A program made the position numbers and the translations under genes. A stretch of 64,000 nt of DNA from Malacoraja senta. Its lineage: Eukaryota. The notes beneath the pieces are model-generated. The model was not told the DNA's origin and ran no database searches. It worked only from the letters and a program-made list of their open reading frames with translations. This document shows positions 1-12,757 of the stretch, in pieces. Each line of letters opens with the position of its first letter. Within the stretch, counting starts at the first letter, position 1. The stretch lies in NCBI GenBank assembly GCA_038087875.1, contig CM075993.1:994001-1058000 (forward strand). Direction: 5' to 3'.

Positions 1-149
1 TGGGGAGTCATTCCCTGAGCACACACACCCACGTCTCCGTCTCCGCCTTCTGTCCTCTCTCACGAGGAGAGTGGTCATTGTGATCCAGGCCCATCAGCAT
101 TTTCGAACCAAAAGCAAATGGCTGGAGGAGTGATTGTAAGGGGAGGGGG

Positions 150-665
150 TGGTGTAGGGGGGGGGGGGAGCTGGAAAAGAGAGATGGGCAGGACAAAGCT
201 GAGCAGGGAATAGGTAACTGACCCAACTGTACTCACCTATTGCCTAAGACAGACACAAAGAACTCAGCGGGACAGGCAGCATCTCTGGAGAGAAGGAATG
301 GGTGACGTTTCGGGTCGAGACCCTTCTGCCCTGCCCCTCTTATCTTCCAGCAGCCTTTCCTCATCCCACAACTTATCTTAAGAAGGGTCCCGGCCCCAAA
401 CCGCTCCTATCCATGTGCTCCAGAAATGCTACCTGACCCTCTGAGTTACTCCAGCACTCTGCGCTTTTTTGTGTGTGTGTCTGCAGTTCCTTGTTTCTAC
501 TGCTGGAGGAACTCAGCGGGTCAGGCAGCATCTGTGGAGGGAAATGGGCAGAGGATGCCTTCTTCAGGCTGATGCTCCATTAGACTGAAGAAGGGTTCCA
601 ACCTTAAATAATATCTGCCTGACCCGCTGAGTTCCTCCAGCAGTTTGCTTTTTGTTGAAGATTCG
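150..665. mobile_element. Cluster of Penelope-like element (PLE) 3'-terminal fragments in both orientations
   Basis: Several partial matches to the window's recurrent terminus (ctgaagaagggtc...gaaacgtcacc...agatgctgcctgacccgctgagttactccagca), which follows a GIY-YIG ORF end at 14250-14592 and 32255-32900. Confidence 0.7.
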
Positions 666-980
666 CTATCAGTGCTTCAGTGCCTCTCTGTGTAAGACCC
701 AGCCTGCGGTGGGCAGTGGAGGATACACATTATCTCCTGCTCCTCACTCTCTTCCAAAGGCAATTATTTTCCTGTTTAAATAATATTTACTGCAGCTGCA
801 ATATAAATATTCACAGTGCATATTTTTTAAATTAGTCTGCGTGAGCTGTTTGTTCATTGCTGTGGGTAAACAAACTCCCTGCAATCACCAGGAGTACCGA
901 GACAGTCAGGCCAAAGATGATCTCAGGGGCCATTTATTTTACACAGAGTGGTTGATATCTGGGACATGTTGCAGAGCGGG

Positions 981-1111
981 TGTAGGAAGGAACTGCAGAT
1001 GCTGGTTTAAATCGAAGACAGACATAAAATGCTGGAGTAACTCAGCGGGACAGGCAGCATCTCTGGAGAGAAGGGATGGGTGACGTTTCAGGTCGAGACC
1101 CTTCTTCAGAC
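981..1111 (-). mobile_element. PLE 3'-terminal fragment with hammerhead-like core
   Basis: Reverse complement reads gt-CTGAAGA-A-gggtctcgacct-GAAA-CGTC-accc followed by the family tail. Confidence 0.75.
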
Positions 1112-1736
1112 CAGCCATGGAGTCTGCTTGCAGGACCTTGCAAATGTACAATGAGTGAGAGGTGTCTACACTGGAGGATTGTGAGAAGAACCTCGCCTCT
1201 TCTCCCCCTACACACCAAGGCACAGAGTGTGGTACAATGGGACGAGTGTGTAACGTTATGACGTTGATGCACAGAGTCAAAGAGCTGTACACCATGGAAA
1301 CAGACCCTTCAGCCCAACTTGACCATGTTGACCAAGATGTCCAAGACAACTTGTCCCATTTGCCCATGTTCCACCCATATCCCTCTATGCACAACCCAGC
1401 GCTGACAGCCATACCAACCATTACCCACTGAAAGCCAATCTCAGTGTGCTGTTTCCATTCACGACCATTTGAAACAGCAGCGTTGGAATCTTGGCATGAG
1501 GAACCAGACAATGGGAGAAAGAGTCACAGAACATGTAGTTACATTGAAGGATTCATCCACCAATTACAACATTAGTGAATTCTTCAAACACCCACTCCAG
1601 GATAGATGTGTGTGCAGCTTCAATAACACATGGATTTGGTCCAAGTTATTAGGCAGCACAGTTGGCTCACAAGACTCCAATCTGAAGAGCAATGATAGCA
1701 GGAACACGGAGGATGGTTTGTCTGTCCCTGCTACAA

Positions 1737-2332
1737 ATAGACAGTAGACAATAGGTGCAGGAGTAGGCCATTTGGCCCTTTGAGCCAACACCGCCATTCA
1801 ATGTGATCACGGCTGATCATCCACAATCAGTACCCCGTTCCTGCCTTCTCCCCATATCCCTTGACTCCGCTATCTTTAAAAGCTCTCTCTAACTCTCTCT
1901 TGAAAGCATCCAGAGAACCGGCCTCCACCGCCCTCTGAGGCAGAGAATTCCACAGACTCACAACTCTCTGTGTGAAAAAGTGTTTCCTCATCTCCGTTCT
2001 AAATGACTTACCCCTTATTCTTAAACTGTGTGGCCCCTGGTTCAGGATTCACCCAACATCGGGAACATGTTTCCTGCCTCTAGCGTGTCCAAACCCTGAA
2101 TAATCTTATATGTTTCAATGAGATATTAATCTAAATTCCAGAGTATACAAGCCCAGCCGCTCCATTCTCTCAGCATATGACAGTCCCGCCATCCCGGGAA
2201 TTAAACTTGTGAACCTACGCTGCACTCCCTCAATAGCAAGAATGTCCTTCCTCAAATTTGGAGAGCAAAACTGCATAAAATACTCCAGGTGTGGTCTCAC
2301 TAGGGCCCTGTACAACTGCAGAAGGACCTTGT
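1737..2332 (-). mobile_element. CR1-type LINE, 5'-truncated 3' fragment
   Basis: Minus ORF 2115-2354 contains LYRALVRPHLEY...QRRFT...RLGLYTLEFR, the CR1 ORF2 C-terminus; 3' UTR ends ...aatggcctactcctgcacctattgtcta. Confidence 0.85.
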
Positions 2333-2856
2333 TGCTCCCATGTGGCAGCAGCATCCCTTCAGAAGCAGAAGGGAAGGCTGTAAGCCTGAAACGGCATCAG
2401 CTGCAAGACGTTGTTGCTCCAGGTTGAATGACACCCATTCACACACATCCATGCATCTCACCCAGTCCCCAGGCTTATGAAGAGGCTAATCCCGACATTT
2501 CAGAAGACGTTCTAAACCAACTGTATCACCACAATGTGTAAGTCGACCAAAATAAAAACGTTAGGCACCAAATGCTGGAGTAACTCAGCGGGTCAGGCAG
2601 CATCTCTGGAGAGAAGGAATAGATAATGTTATGGGTTGAGACCTTTCCTCAGTCTGACCCAAAACGTCACCCATTCCTTCTCTCCAGAGATGCCGCCTGT
2701 CCCACTGAGTTACTCCAGCACTTTGTGTCTTTGGTTTAAAGCAGCATCTGCAGTTCGTACTTACACAAAGTAAAAATGTTGTTATGTGAGTTAGAGTCTC
2801 TCTGGGGTTGAAAGTGGTTGCCAATCACTCACGGCCCATCAGTGATGAAGAACTGC

Positions 2857-3173
2857 ACAGTGGGGCAGCGGTAGAGTTGCTGCCTTACAGCGAATGCAGC
2901 GCCAGAGACCCGGGTTCGAACCCGACAACGGGCGCTGTCCGTACGGAGTTTGTACGTTCTCCCCGTGACCTGCGTGGGTTTTCTCCGAGATCTCCGGTTT
3001 CCTCCCACACTCCAAAGACGTACAGGTTTGTAGGTTAATTGGCTTGTTGTATGTGTAAATTGTCCCTAGTGTGTGTAGGATAGTGTTAGTGTTAGGGGTC
3101 GCTGGTTGGCATGGACTCGGTGGGCCGAAGGGCCTGTTTCCGCGCTATATCTCTTAACTAAACTTAACTAAAA
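2857..3173 (+). mobile_element. tRNA-derived V-SINE (HE1-like)
   Basis: A-box-like tggggcagcggt, B-box ggttcgaacc, V-domain-like core gtacgttctccccgtgacctgcgtgggttttctcc, CR1-like 3' end gggccgaagggcctgtttcc, (CTAAA)-type tail. Confidence 0.85.
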
Positions 3174-3619
3174 CCATTATAAATGAGTTGAAAATGTGTA
3201 AGAACTGGGAGGGGTTTTGGGCACAGGGGTTGCAGATCTTTAGTGGATCTAGCTGACATTATTGCATCACTGAAAACAAGATGAGTGAAGGATCAACAGA
3301 CATGCCATTGGAGCTTAAACATGATTCCTACTGTGTGCATTGTGGCTTGATCAGGATGTAGCATCTTATGTGATGCCTCTAACAACTGAGGGGGTGTGAT
3401 CAGTCAGATCGTGCCAAGGGAAGCTGAAAGAGGCTATGCATCGCACGCTAAAGGAAAGTCAATAGAACGCAGCACTTGCAGAGAAAAAAACACAAAAGCA
3501 TTTGGTTTCCATTGAGAAAATCTAGTACCTCACTTTTCAAACCTGAACCCTCGTCGCTATTTCGGGACCAGAGCAACCAACTCCAGCCAGGCCTCGATAC
3601 TGAAGATGGGACCCGACCC

Positions 3620-4096
3620 AAAACGTCACCTATCCATGTTCTCCACAGATGCTGCCTGACCCGCTGAGTTACTCCAGCACCTCTGTGAAACGTCACCTAT
3701 CCATGTTCTCCACACAGATGCTGCCTGACCCGCTGAGTTACTCCAGCACCTCTGTGAAACGTCACCTATCCATGTTCTCCACAGATGCTGCCTGACCCGC
3801 TGAGTTACTCCAGCACTCTGTGAAACGTCACCTATCCATGTTCCGGCAGCATCTATGGAGCGAAGGAAATAGGCAACGTTTCGGCCCGAAACCCTTCCGG
3901 GTTTCGGCCCGAAACGTTGCCTATTTCCTTCAGGGTTTCGGCCCGAAAGGTTGCCCATTTCCTTCGCTCCACAGATGCTGCCTGACCCGCTGAGTTACTC
4001 CAGCGTTACTCTGTGAAACGTCACCTATCCATGTTCTCCACAGATGCTGCCTGACCTGCTGAGTTACTCCAGTACTCTGTGTCCTTTTTTGTAAAC
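3620..4096 (+). repeat. Tandem amplification (~66-69-bp units) of the PLE terminal segment, with an embedded fold-back piece, running into the gap
   Basis: gaaacgtcacctatccatgttctccacagatgctgcctgacccgctgagttactccagcac recurs near 3620, 3687, 3756, 3822 (partial) and 4015. Confidence 0.85.
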
Positions 4097-4296
4097 NNNN
4101 NNNNNNNNNNNNNNNNNNNNNNNNNNNNNNNNNNNNNNNNNNNNNNNNNNNNNNNNNNNNNNNNNNNNNNNNNNNNNNNNNNNNNNNNNNNNNNNNNNNN
4201 NNNNNNNNNNNNNNNNNNNNNNNNNNNNNNNNNNNNNNNNNNNNNNNNNNNNNNNNNNNNNNNNNNNNNNNNNNNNNNNNNNNNNNNNNNNNNNNN
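4097..4296. other. Assembly gap (200 N)
   Basis: Run of N. Confidence 1.
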
Positions 4297-4716
4297 GAAC
4301 CTGATGAGACGTGTCTGAGAATGTAATTCTGAAGCTGTGCACAGTGTGTTGTTTCAGCATTGCTGGCAGTACGGCATACGCCTGCTTCTGAAACTCAGGA
4401 GACAAATAACCCTTCCCCTGAGCTTTAGAGGGAGTGAGTATACTTCACCTGTTTTTCAAACTGGGTGATAAAGTGAGGGGCCGGAGCGATTCAGACAAGC
4501 TGGCACACAATGATTAAAATGAATGATTAGCAAGTCCAATAACATGGATAAAGAAACTCAGATAAAATACAGAGTTGGTGCACAAATATAAAGGAACTGA
4601 AATGAGAACGTGGCACAGAGGCACTTGGTGACGTGAAACCTCTGCCAATCTGTGGCTGAGATCACACCCGTATCTCCCCAGATACCTTCGCCACTAACCT
4701 CCATCCTTCCCACAAA

Positions 4717-5140
4717 TTGTACACTCTGGAATTTAGAAGGATGAGAGGATATCTTATTGAAACATATAAGATTATTAAGGGTTTGGACACGCTAGAGGCA
4801 GGAAACGTGTTCCTGATGTTGGGGGAGTCCAGAACCAGGGGGGCACAGTTTAAGAATAAGGGGTAGGCCATTTAGAACGGAGACGAGGAAACACTTTTTC
4901 TCACAGAGAGTGGTGAGTCTGTGGAATTCTCTGCCACAGAAGGCGGTGGAGGCCAATTTACTTAATGGTTTCAAGAGAGAGTTAGACATGGCTCTTAGGG
5001 CCAACAGAATCTAGGGATATGGGGAGAAGGCAGGAACGGGGTACAGATTTTAGATGATCAGCCATGATCATATTGAATGGTGGTGCTGGCTCGATGAGCC
5101 AAATGGCCTACTCCTGCACCTATTTGAATGTTTCTATGTT
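4717..5140 (+). mobile_element. CR1-type LINE 3' fragment
   Basis: Same family as 1737-2332 and 25886-26315 (ttgtacactctggaatttagaagg ... ggcctactcctgcacctat). Confidence 0.85.
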
Positions 5141-5572
5141 TAACAATTTCTTGGATGTGCATATCTGTGAATATCTATCCTGGACCCAGCACATTGATGC
5201 AATCATGAAGATAGCCCATTAACGCCTCTACTTCCTTAGCAGATTAAGGAGATTTAATATGTCAACGAATACTCTCTTGAACTTGTACAGGTGTACGGTA
5301 GAGAGCGTATGGACTGGTTGCATCATGGCCTGGTTCAGCAACTTGAACGCCCAGGAATGAAAGAGATTACAATAGGTGGTGAATACTGCCTTGGCCATCA
5401 TGGGCACTGACCTCCCCACCATCACTAAGGGGCACTGCCTCAACAAGACAACCAGCATCATCAAGGACCCACACCACACTCTCATTTCACTCCTGCCATC
5501 GGGAAGAAGGTAGAGGAGTCTGAAAACGGTGACGTCCAGGTCCAGGAAAAACCTCTTCCCAACAACCTTCAG
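5141..5572 (+). mobile_element. Degenerate Rex1/Babar-like LINE 3' fragment
   Basis: Decayed reading similar to the RLYFLR...YRCSIES...IIKDIFHP...LLPSGRRYRS stretch that is intact at 51752-52372. Confidence 0.7.
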
Positions 5573-5589
5573 GTCTTCTTCTTCTTCAC

Positions 5590-5850
5590 TTCTTCACATA
5601 AAGTGCAAGTGAAATGAATTTGCCAGCAGCGGTACAATGAGAAAGAACACACAAAAACACAATAAAAATTTAACACAAACATCCACCACAGCACTGTGGT
5701 GAAAGGCACAAAATTTGGCCAGTCCTCCTCCATTTTTCCCCGTGGTCGGGACCTCAACCCTCCGCAGCCGCCGATGCGGGCGTCCAAATGTGCAGACAAG
5801 GTAAAAAGTCCAGGTAAGACAAGAATCGGTGCTTCCCTACCGGAGACCGC
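5590..5850 (-). mobile_element. Unclassified GC-rich dispersed element with LINE-like 3' UTR
   Basis: Reverse-complement similarity to 37556-37975 (ggaggaggactggc...tggtggatg.ttgtgttaaatttt...gctgctggcaaattcatttcact). Confidence 0.6.
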
Positions 5851-6189
5851 GGCTTCAGGTTGGTGTAGGCATCTGGATGCAATGGTGTCTGTCTTGTGTT
5901 TCTATTGCGTGGTGCTGGAGAGATTGGTGAACACAGGGCCGCGACATGAACGCTCTTTCCTTGACCCCAACCATCAGGTGACTGAACACGACAAACTCCA
6001 ACTAAACTCCAAACTACCAACTGCCTTGGTTGCACCAGTTTTTTTTAGTTTTGGTACGATATTGAGTTTTATTATTTATTGAACTTCTCTATCTTTGAAT
6101 TCTGTGTTGACAAACTTGCGCTGCTCAACTAAGAATGTCAAGTGATTCTCTTTGTTTGTATTGATACATTTTTACTTCCATCTTTCATG

Positions 6190-6301
6190 TCCCTTGTTCC
6201 AATTTATTTCGGTAGAAGACCAACTTGTTGACAACGCTGTGAGTGGCGTCTAGTTTTGCGTTTGGTTGGCAAGGCCAGCTTTCACAACTGCATTGCAACG
6301 T
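6190..6301 (+). repeat. Left arm of long inverted repeat (partner 8473-8594)
   Basis: 6190-6275 is the exact reverse complement of 8509-8594 (86 bp); 6276-6301 matches 8473-8498 with one mismatch. Confidence 0.95.
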
Positions 6302-6608
6302 GTTGTGTGTTGGAACATATGACAATAGAACACTCTTGACTCTCTGGGAAGAGAAGAAGCCAAATGTCATTGAACGTAGGCTGACTGTTGATGACGTTGT
6401 TCTGTTCTCTCTTAAGTATCTGTCCAACTTTCCTCCAAAGCCACCAGTTGATGCTGCTTGCACCATCCCTCCTGGGAGTGACGTCCAGATGACAACTGGT
6501 CAGGTTGGAATAGCCTCATCACACATCCTTTTGTATCTTTCAACTCAGATTTATAAACTGAGCCTCCCTTCTTTGAACCGTGGCTTTAGAAACCTCCACA
6601 GAAAAATT

Positions 6609-8033
6609 CACCTGGATCAACATGCATCACCTATCATGCATCACCTGGATCAACATGCATCACCTGGGTCAACATGCATCACCTGGGTCAACATGCATCA
6701 CCTATCATGCATCACCTGGGTCAACATGCATCACCTGGATCAACATGCATCACCTGGATCAACATGCATCACCTGGATCAACATGCATCACCTGGATCAA
6801 CATGCATCACCTGGATCAACATGCATCACCTGGGTCAACATGCATCACCTATCATGCATCACCTGGGTCAACATGCATCACCTATCATGCATCACCTGGG
6901 TCAACATGCATCACCTGGGTCAACATGCATCACCTGGGTCAACATGCATCACCTATCATGCATCACCTGGGTCAACATGCATCACCTGGATCAACATGCA
7001 TCACCTGGATCAACATGCATCACCTGGATCAACATGCATCACCTATCATGCATCACCTGGATCAACATGCATCACCTGGATCAACATGCATCACCTGGGG
7101 TCAACATGCATCACCTATCATGCATCACCTGGATCAACATGCATCACCTGGATCAACATGCATCACCTGGATCAACATGCATCACCTGGATCAACATGCA
7201 TCACCTGGATCAACATGCATCACCTATCATGCATCACCTGGATCAACATGCATCACCTGGATCAACATGCATCACCTATCATGCATCACCTGGATCAACA
7301 TGCATCACCTATCATGCATCACCTGGATCAACATGCATCACCTGGATCAACATGCATCACCTGGATCAACATGCATCACCTATCATTGCATCACCTGGAT
7401 CAACATGCATCACCTATCATGCATCACCTGGATCAACATGCATCACCTGGATCAACATGCATCACCTATCATGCATCACCTGGATCAACATGCATCACCT
7501 GGATCAACATGCATCACCTGGGTCAACATGCATCACCTATCATGCATCACCTGGATCAACATGCATCACCTGGATCAACATGCATCACCTGGATCAACAT
7601 GCATCACCTGGATCAACATGCATCACCTGGATCAACATGCATCACCTATCATGCATCACCTGGATCAACATGCATCACCTGGATCAACATGCATCACCTA
7701 TCATGCATCACCTGGATCAACATGCATCACCTATCATGCATCACCTGGATCAACATGCATCACCTGGATCAACATGCATCACCTGGATCAACATGCATCA
7801 CCTATCATGCATCACCTGGATCAACATGCATCACCTATCATGCATCACCTGGATCAACATGCATCACCTGGATCAACATGCATCACCTATCATGCATCAC
7901 CTGGATCAACATGCATCACCTGGATCAACATGCATCACCTGGGTCAACATGCATCACCTATCATGCATCTCCTGGGTCAACATGCATCACCTGTGTCAAC
8001 ATGCATCACCTGGGTCAACATGCATCACCTATC
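6609..8033. repeat. Minisatellite of interleaved 19-bp (CACCTGG[A/G]TCAACATGCAT) and 14-bp (CACCTATCATGCAT) units
   Basis: Directly visible; explains the three overlapping low-complexity + strand ORFs. Confidence 0.97.
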
Positions 8034-8224
8034 CTTTGTTGGTCTGTAACAACATCTGAACTCTAATCGAACAAAACACAAAGTGCTGGAGGAACTCTGT
8101 GGGTCAGGCAATGGACAGATGACAGTTCAGGTCAGGACCCTTCTTCAGACTGATGAAGACAGATGCCGCCTGGCCTGCCGAGTTTCTTCAGCAATTTGTA
8201 CTGTGTCGGTCATGATATTGTCGC

Positions 8225-8372
8225 TGCCTCTGGGACCCTGCAGTGTGCATTTGGGGAACTGAATGCTCTTCATCACATTTGTGGTGACACTTCAGAGGTG
8301 TTTCATTTGCTACAAAGCAATTGAAAAGTACTAAGGTCATGACATGTACTATCTGAATGTCGACCTTTCTTT
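8225..8372 (+). mobile_element. Ancient Deu-SINE-like 3' remnant
   Basis: Decayed resemblance, from memory, to the DeuSINE tail (gtgac.acttca...ttcatt.gct..aaagc...aggtc.tga...ctat...aatg...ctttctttt). Confidence 0.4.
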
Positions 8373-8472
8373 TAGAGTCTGCCAGGAGGATCCCACATTT
8401 AGATTCATTACCCCCCTCCCAAATTTCCACCTTGCAGACGGAACTCTGGGAGGAACCGTTCCAGGTAGCTCA

Positions 8473-8594
8473 ACGTTGCGATGCAGTTGTGAAAGCTGGC
8501 GGAGATAAGCCTTGCCAACCAAACGCAAAACTAGACGCCACTCACAGCGTTGTCAACAAGTTGGTCTTCTACCGAAATAAATTGGAACAAGGGA
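8473..8594 (-). repeat. Right arm of long inverted repeat (partner 6190-6301)
   Basis: See left arm; carries an extra 10 nt (gcggagataa, 8499-8508). Confidence 0.95.
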
Positions 8595-8694
8595 ATAACT
8601 TGAAAAGTGAAAATGTATCAAAAAAACCCAAAGAGAATCAATTGAGGACCAAGGTTCAGCACATCAGTGGAATCCCTACACCATCAAATCCAAG

Positions 8695-8936
8695 GCAGAC
8701 AAAAGTGCTGGAGAAACTCAGCGGGTGCAGCAGCATCTATGGAGCGAAGGAAATGGGCAACGTTTCGGATCGAAACCCTTCCGGGTTTCGACCCCGAAAC
8801 GTTGCCTATTTCCTTCAGGGTTTCGGGACGAAACGTTGCCTATTTCCTTCGCTCCATAGATGCTGCTGCACCTGCTGAGTTTCTCCAGCACTTTTGTCTA
8901 CCTTCGAATTTCCAGCATCTGCAGTTCCTTCTTAAA
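8695..8936. mobile_element. Fold-back (head-to-head) pair of PLE termini, subfamily B
   Basis: gacaaaagtgctggagaaactcagcgggtgcagcagcatctatggagcgaagg... mirrored by ...ccttcgctccatagatgctgctgcacctgctgagtttctccagcacttttgtc. Confidence 0.85.
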
Positions 8937-10734
8937 CACCATCAAATCCAATCCATCTTCAGAGACTATCCATGCTGCTGACCCTACTACTTGAGGTCAC
9001 TGCAGAACGACCGTTCAGCTGACGTCTCGGAGAGGGCAATTAGTTCATTCTCCAAATGGAATTGTCATCCTGGACGGGGATGCTGCCAAGGAACCTTCAT
9101 ATGGAAAATGAATACCTGTCAGCTAAATTATTTCCAGTGATTACTGCTGACCTCAGCGAGCACCTCACTCTTTGTCCCCACGGGCTAACTCCTGCACAGC
9201 TCTCGCTGAACATTCAGTACGAGAGCAGAGCGATGAAGAAGACAGCGGAGCAGCCCTGGTAATTACTAACTCAATGATTTACAGAAATGTTACTGCAGTA
9301 ACTAATTCTCTGAGCAGTGGTTGTATTTTAAATCTAAATAATGGAACAGGTCAAATTGGGATCAAGTGTTTAATGATTCAACTTCTCGCTAATATAGTTT
9401 AAATTCCAGAAGCGGTCTGCTGGAAGGTGAATAAAGACAGCAGCTAGGACAAGATCAAGCCCAACGTGTGGCTAAAAGCATCACCTTCACCAACCCACTC
9501 ACACTCCAGCAGCAATCACTTCCGACATGCGGCAAGTTGCGGTGGTGCGTGGCTACGAGCCGCTTCGGGTTCTCACGGCCCCGTGAGCTGCCGTTCAATG
9601 TGACTGAGTGTGGGGAGAGTGAGCTGAGTGCATTGTTGAGGTGCTGACCACAACACAGAGTGCTGGAGGAACTCAATGGCCCAGGTGGCACGTGTATGGG
9701 AATGGACAGGCAATGTTTCACACTTGACCCAAAACATCATCTGTCCATTCTCTGCATAGATGCTGCCTTACCTGCTGAGTTGCTCCAGCACTTTTGCTGT
9801 CAGTATGAGTCACTGTGTTGGTGTGAGTTAGCGTGCCAGTGTGGTGTGAGAAAGTGTGAGTTGGTGCAAGTCACCCTGAGTCTACCTGACTGACTGTGTG
9901 CGACTTGTGTAACCATTGCTGGAAGCTATGATGCATTCAGAAGCAGAATGAAGTGGAAGGCTTTGATGTCTGTTTGGTCACAGGTGTTAGTATCTTTCAT
10001 GGTTACTGGTGGTCAGCGGTTGTAGATTCTTCTGCAATAACAAGTATTGATGATTTGACAGAGTGAACCAGGAGCTAAAAGACATCTTTGCACCATTTTC
10101 TCTTCTGAGGGAAGTGACGTCTGGTCAAGGAGCTTCAGATCGTGCAGGTAGATCTTCTGTGCCCTACTTGCTCTTTGCTCAAGGTTATATCTTGTGGGGC
10201 TGACAGATTAGCCTGATTGGGGTCATTACCTGTTTCCCTTGTTCAACCCTCACGGATTCTGGCCACAGCAACCTTGGCCTTTGGAGACGGCCCAGGGGGG
10301 GGTGGGGTTGCAGTTACTTAGAAACTTGGTTTGTTGTTCTGAGGGAGAATACTAAGAAAGAGGACATAAAGAGATGTTTTTTGCTGAAGGATCAATAACC
10401 AAAGAGCTAGAATCAAGGTGATTGGGAAATGGGTTCCAATGGACATAATGAAAGACTAGCCGATTGCCACTGGGTCTTTACGGGAACAACCTGGCCAGTC
10501 CCCCTCTGCAATCTCTCTCCACAAAAAAAGAACTGTTGGCACAAGAAAACCATTTTTGTTATAGTTTAGATTCAGATGCAGAACCTGACAGTGGGATGTA
10601 AATACATGCACTGGTCATTTGCTGAAGGAAATTGGATCAATGCTTCAAGGAGAAACTTTCCAAGGACTGGAGCTAACTGCACTGGTCCATCAGAGAGCCG
10701 GTGTAGACTCAGTGGGCTGAACCTGTAGGAAGGA

Positions 10735-10922
10735 AGATGCTGGGTGAAGATAGATACAAAGTGCTGGCGTAACTCCTTAGGATAGAAGGAATGGGTGACG
10801 TTTCGGGTTGAGACCATTCTTCAGACTGGAGAAGGGCCTCGACTCGAAATGTCACCCATTCCTTCACTCCAGAGATGCTGCCTGTCCCGCTGAGTTACTC
10901 CAGCATTTTGTGTCTATCTTCA
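10735..10922. mobile_element. Fold-back pair of PLE termini
   Basis: gggtgacgtttcgggttgagaccattcttcagac / tggagaagggcctcgactcgaaatgtcaccc centre with inverted tails. Confidence 0.75.
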
Positions 10923-11571
10923 GTGGGCTGAATGGCCTTGTTCTCACTATGAGGCCCCGTCATTTGATTCCTGTTGACACTGGGCTGACATTGACAATGG
11001 TGGGTAATGGTGGAAGGATCAGTTGCCACTTTATTCATATCATTGCTGGGTATTTAACTTCCAGGAAGTTATAGGTTTGCCTAGCAAGCACCGCCAGGGG
11101 AAACAGCTCTCCTTGATCTTAAATATTTAGTTGATGGCAAATGAAAATGCTGGACTACATAATAGTTAGTACTAAATCCTTCAGAGTTTAATTGTTTAAT
11201 TTAAGGTCCTTACAAGGTAAAGTACCTTGAAAGTTTCAGAGTACATTGGCTCAAATCTTATTACCATAAATCGTCTACCAAGGAACATTTAACAGCATAG
11301 TTACAACTTAATAATGTAGGAAATGTGACCAAGACCAGCATTTCAATGGATATTATTTCTACATGTCTGGGGCTGGATTTTTATACGTCCATGGAACAGG
11401 ATGGATTACTAAACCAGTATCATTACTGATGAACGGCATTTATAATAACTGAGTAATATCAAACGCTGGATAAGTGGAAACATGAAATTTCAAATTATCC
11501 TGCACCATACCCATTCACTCATTGAACTGCAGCCGACTCGAGTACCTTCTGATCTAATCACAGACTACCAA

Positions 11572-11998
11572 CAGCTTAAAGTTTCTCGGCATGCGAATGC
11601 CTCAAGATCGCTCCCACACCCAGCATGTTAATGCAATCATAAAGAAAGCTCATCAACGCTTCTACTTTCCTGGGAGATTGAAGAAATCCAGGTATGTCAA
11701 TGAATACTCTATTAACTGTCACCCATAGAGAACATACTGACTGACTGCATCTCAGTCTAGTTTGGCAACTCGAGCGGCCCGGAATGAAGGGGTCTACAGA
11801 GAGTGACCAAACACTGCCTGGTCCTTCCTTGTTGATGCCCCCACCAATGAAGGGATGTACAGGAGGCGCTGCCTCGAAAATGCAGTCAATATCATCAAAG
11901 ACCCACACCAGCCTGGCCACGCTCTCATCTCACTGCTGCCATCGGGTAGATACAGGAGCCTGAAGACCATGACGGCTAGGCTCAGGAATAGCTTCTCC
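11572..11998 (+). mobile_element. Degenerate Rex1/Babar-like LINE 3' fragment
   Basis: ORF 11855 reads RRCLENAVNIIKDPHQPGHALISLLPSGRYRSLKTMTARLRNSF. Confidence 0.75.
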
Positions 11999-12029
11999 CT
12001 ACACTCTTGTACACCACACAACACCAACT

Positions 12030-12165
12030 TCAGTCTGAAGAAGGGTCTCGACCCAAAACGTCACCCATTCCTCCTCTCCAGAGGTACTGCCTGTCCCGCT
12101 GAGTTACTCCAGCATATTGTGTCTAACTTCGGTTTAAACCAGCACCTGCAGTTCCTTCTTACACA
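12030..12165 (+). mobile_element. PLE 3'-terminal fragment
   Basis: cagtctgaagaagggtctcgacccaaaacgtcacc... family tail. Confidence 0.75.
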
Positions 12166-12327
12166 CTAACCTCAGCACCAGGGATCTTCTACGGACTGTG
12201 TCTTTGGTTCAGCATTATTCTGGTTACCCAGTGCTAATCTAATGTATTACTGATTATTGTATATCATCTGTGTGTTATTGCATTAACGGGCCTGTTGAGC
12301 TGCAGCAAGAATCTCATCAAGAATCTC

Positions 12328-12627
12328 TTTAGAGATACAGCGCGGAAACAGGCCTTTCGGCCCACCGAGTCCGTGCCGACCAGCGATCCCCGCACATTAA
12401 CACTATCCTACACACACCAGGGACAATTTTATATTTACACCAAGCCAATTAACCTACAAACCTGCACGTCTTTGGAGTGTGGGAGGAAACTGAAGATCTC
12501 GGAGAAAACTCACGCAGGTCACGGGGAGAACGTGCAAACTCCGTACAGACAGCACCCGCAGTCAGGATCGAACCCGTGTCTCTGGCGCTGTGAGGCAGCA
12601 ACTCTACCGCTGCGCCACCGTGCCGCC
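12328..12627 (-). mobile_element. HE1-like V-SINE, near full length
   Basis: Reverse complement of the 2857-3173 type; tRNA head ggcggcacggtggcgcagcggtagagttgctgcctcacagcgcc. Confidence 0.85.
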
Positions 12628-12757
12628 CTGGTGTGATTATGGTTCCGTTTACGTTGCTCTTGGATTTTGTTTAGTTTAGGTTTGGGAATGTGGGAGGCAC
12701 CTGGAGAAACCCCTCGCTGGTCAGCGGGAGAATGTACAAACTCCGCACTGACACAGG

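Noticed and set aside
2857..2935. tRNA-like sequence with A and B boxes (also in the other SINE heads)
   Set aside because: Continues into V-SINE body and LINE-like tail; not a stand-alone tRNA gene.
6609..8033. CRISPR-like appearance of this and the other regular short arrays
   Set aside because: Units are contiguous with no unique spacers, no cas genes are present, and the context is vertebrate.
6243..8066. 607/489/461-aa His/Cys-rich ORFs
   Set aside because: By-product of a stop-free minisatellite that is open in all three frames.
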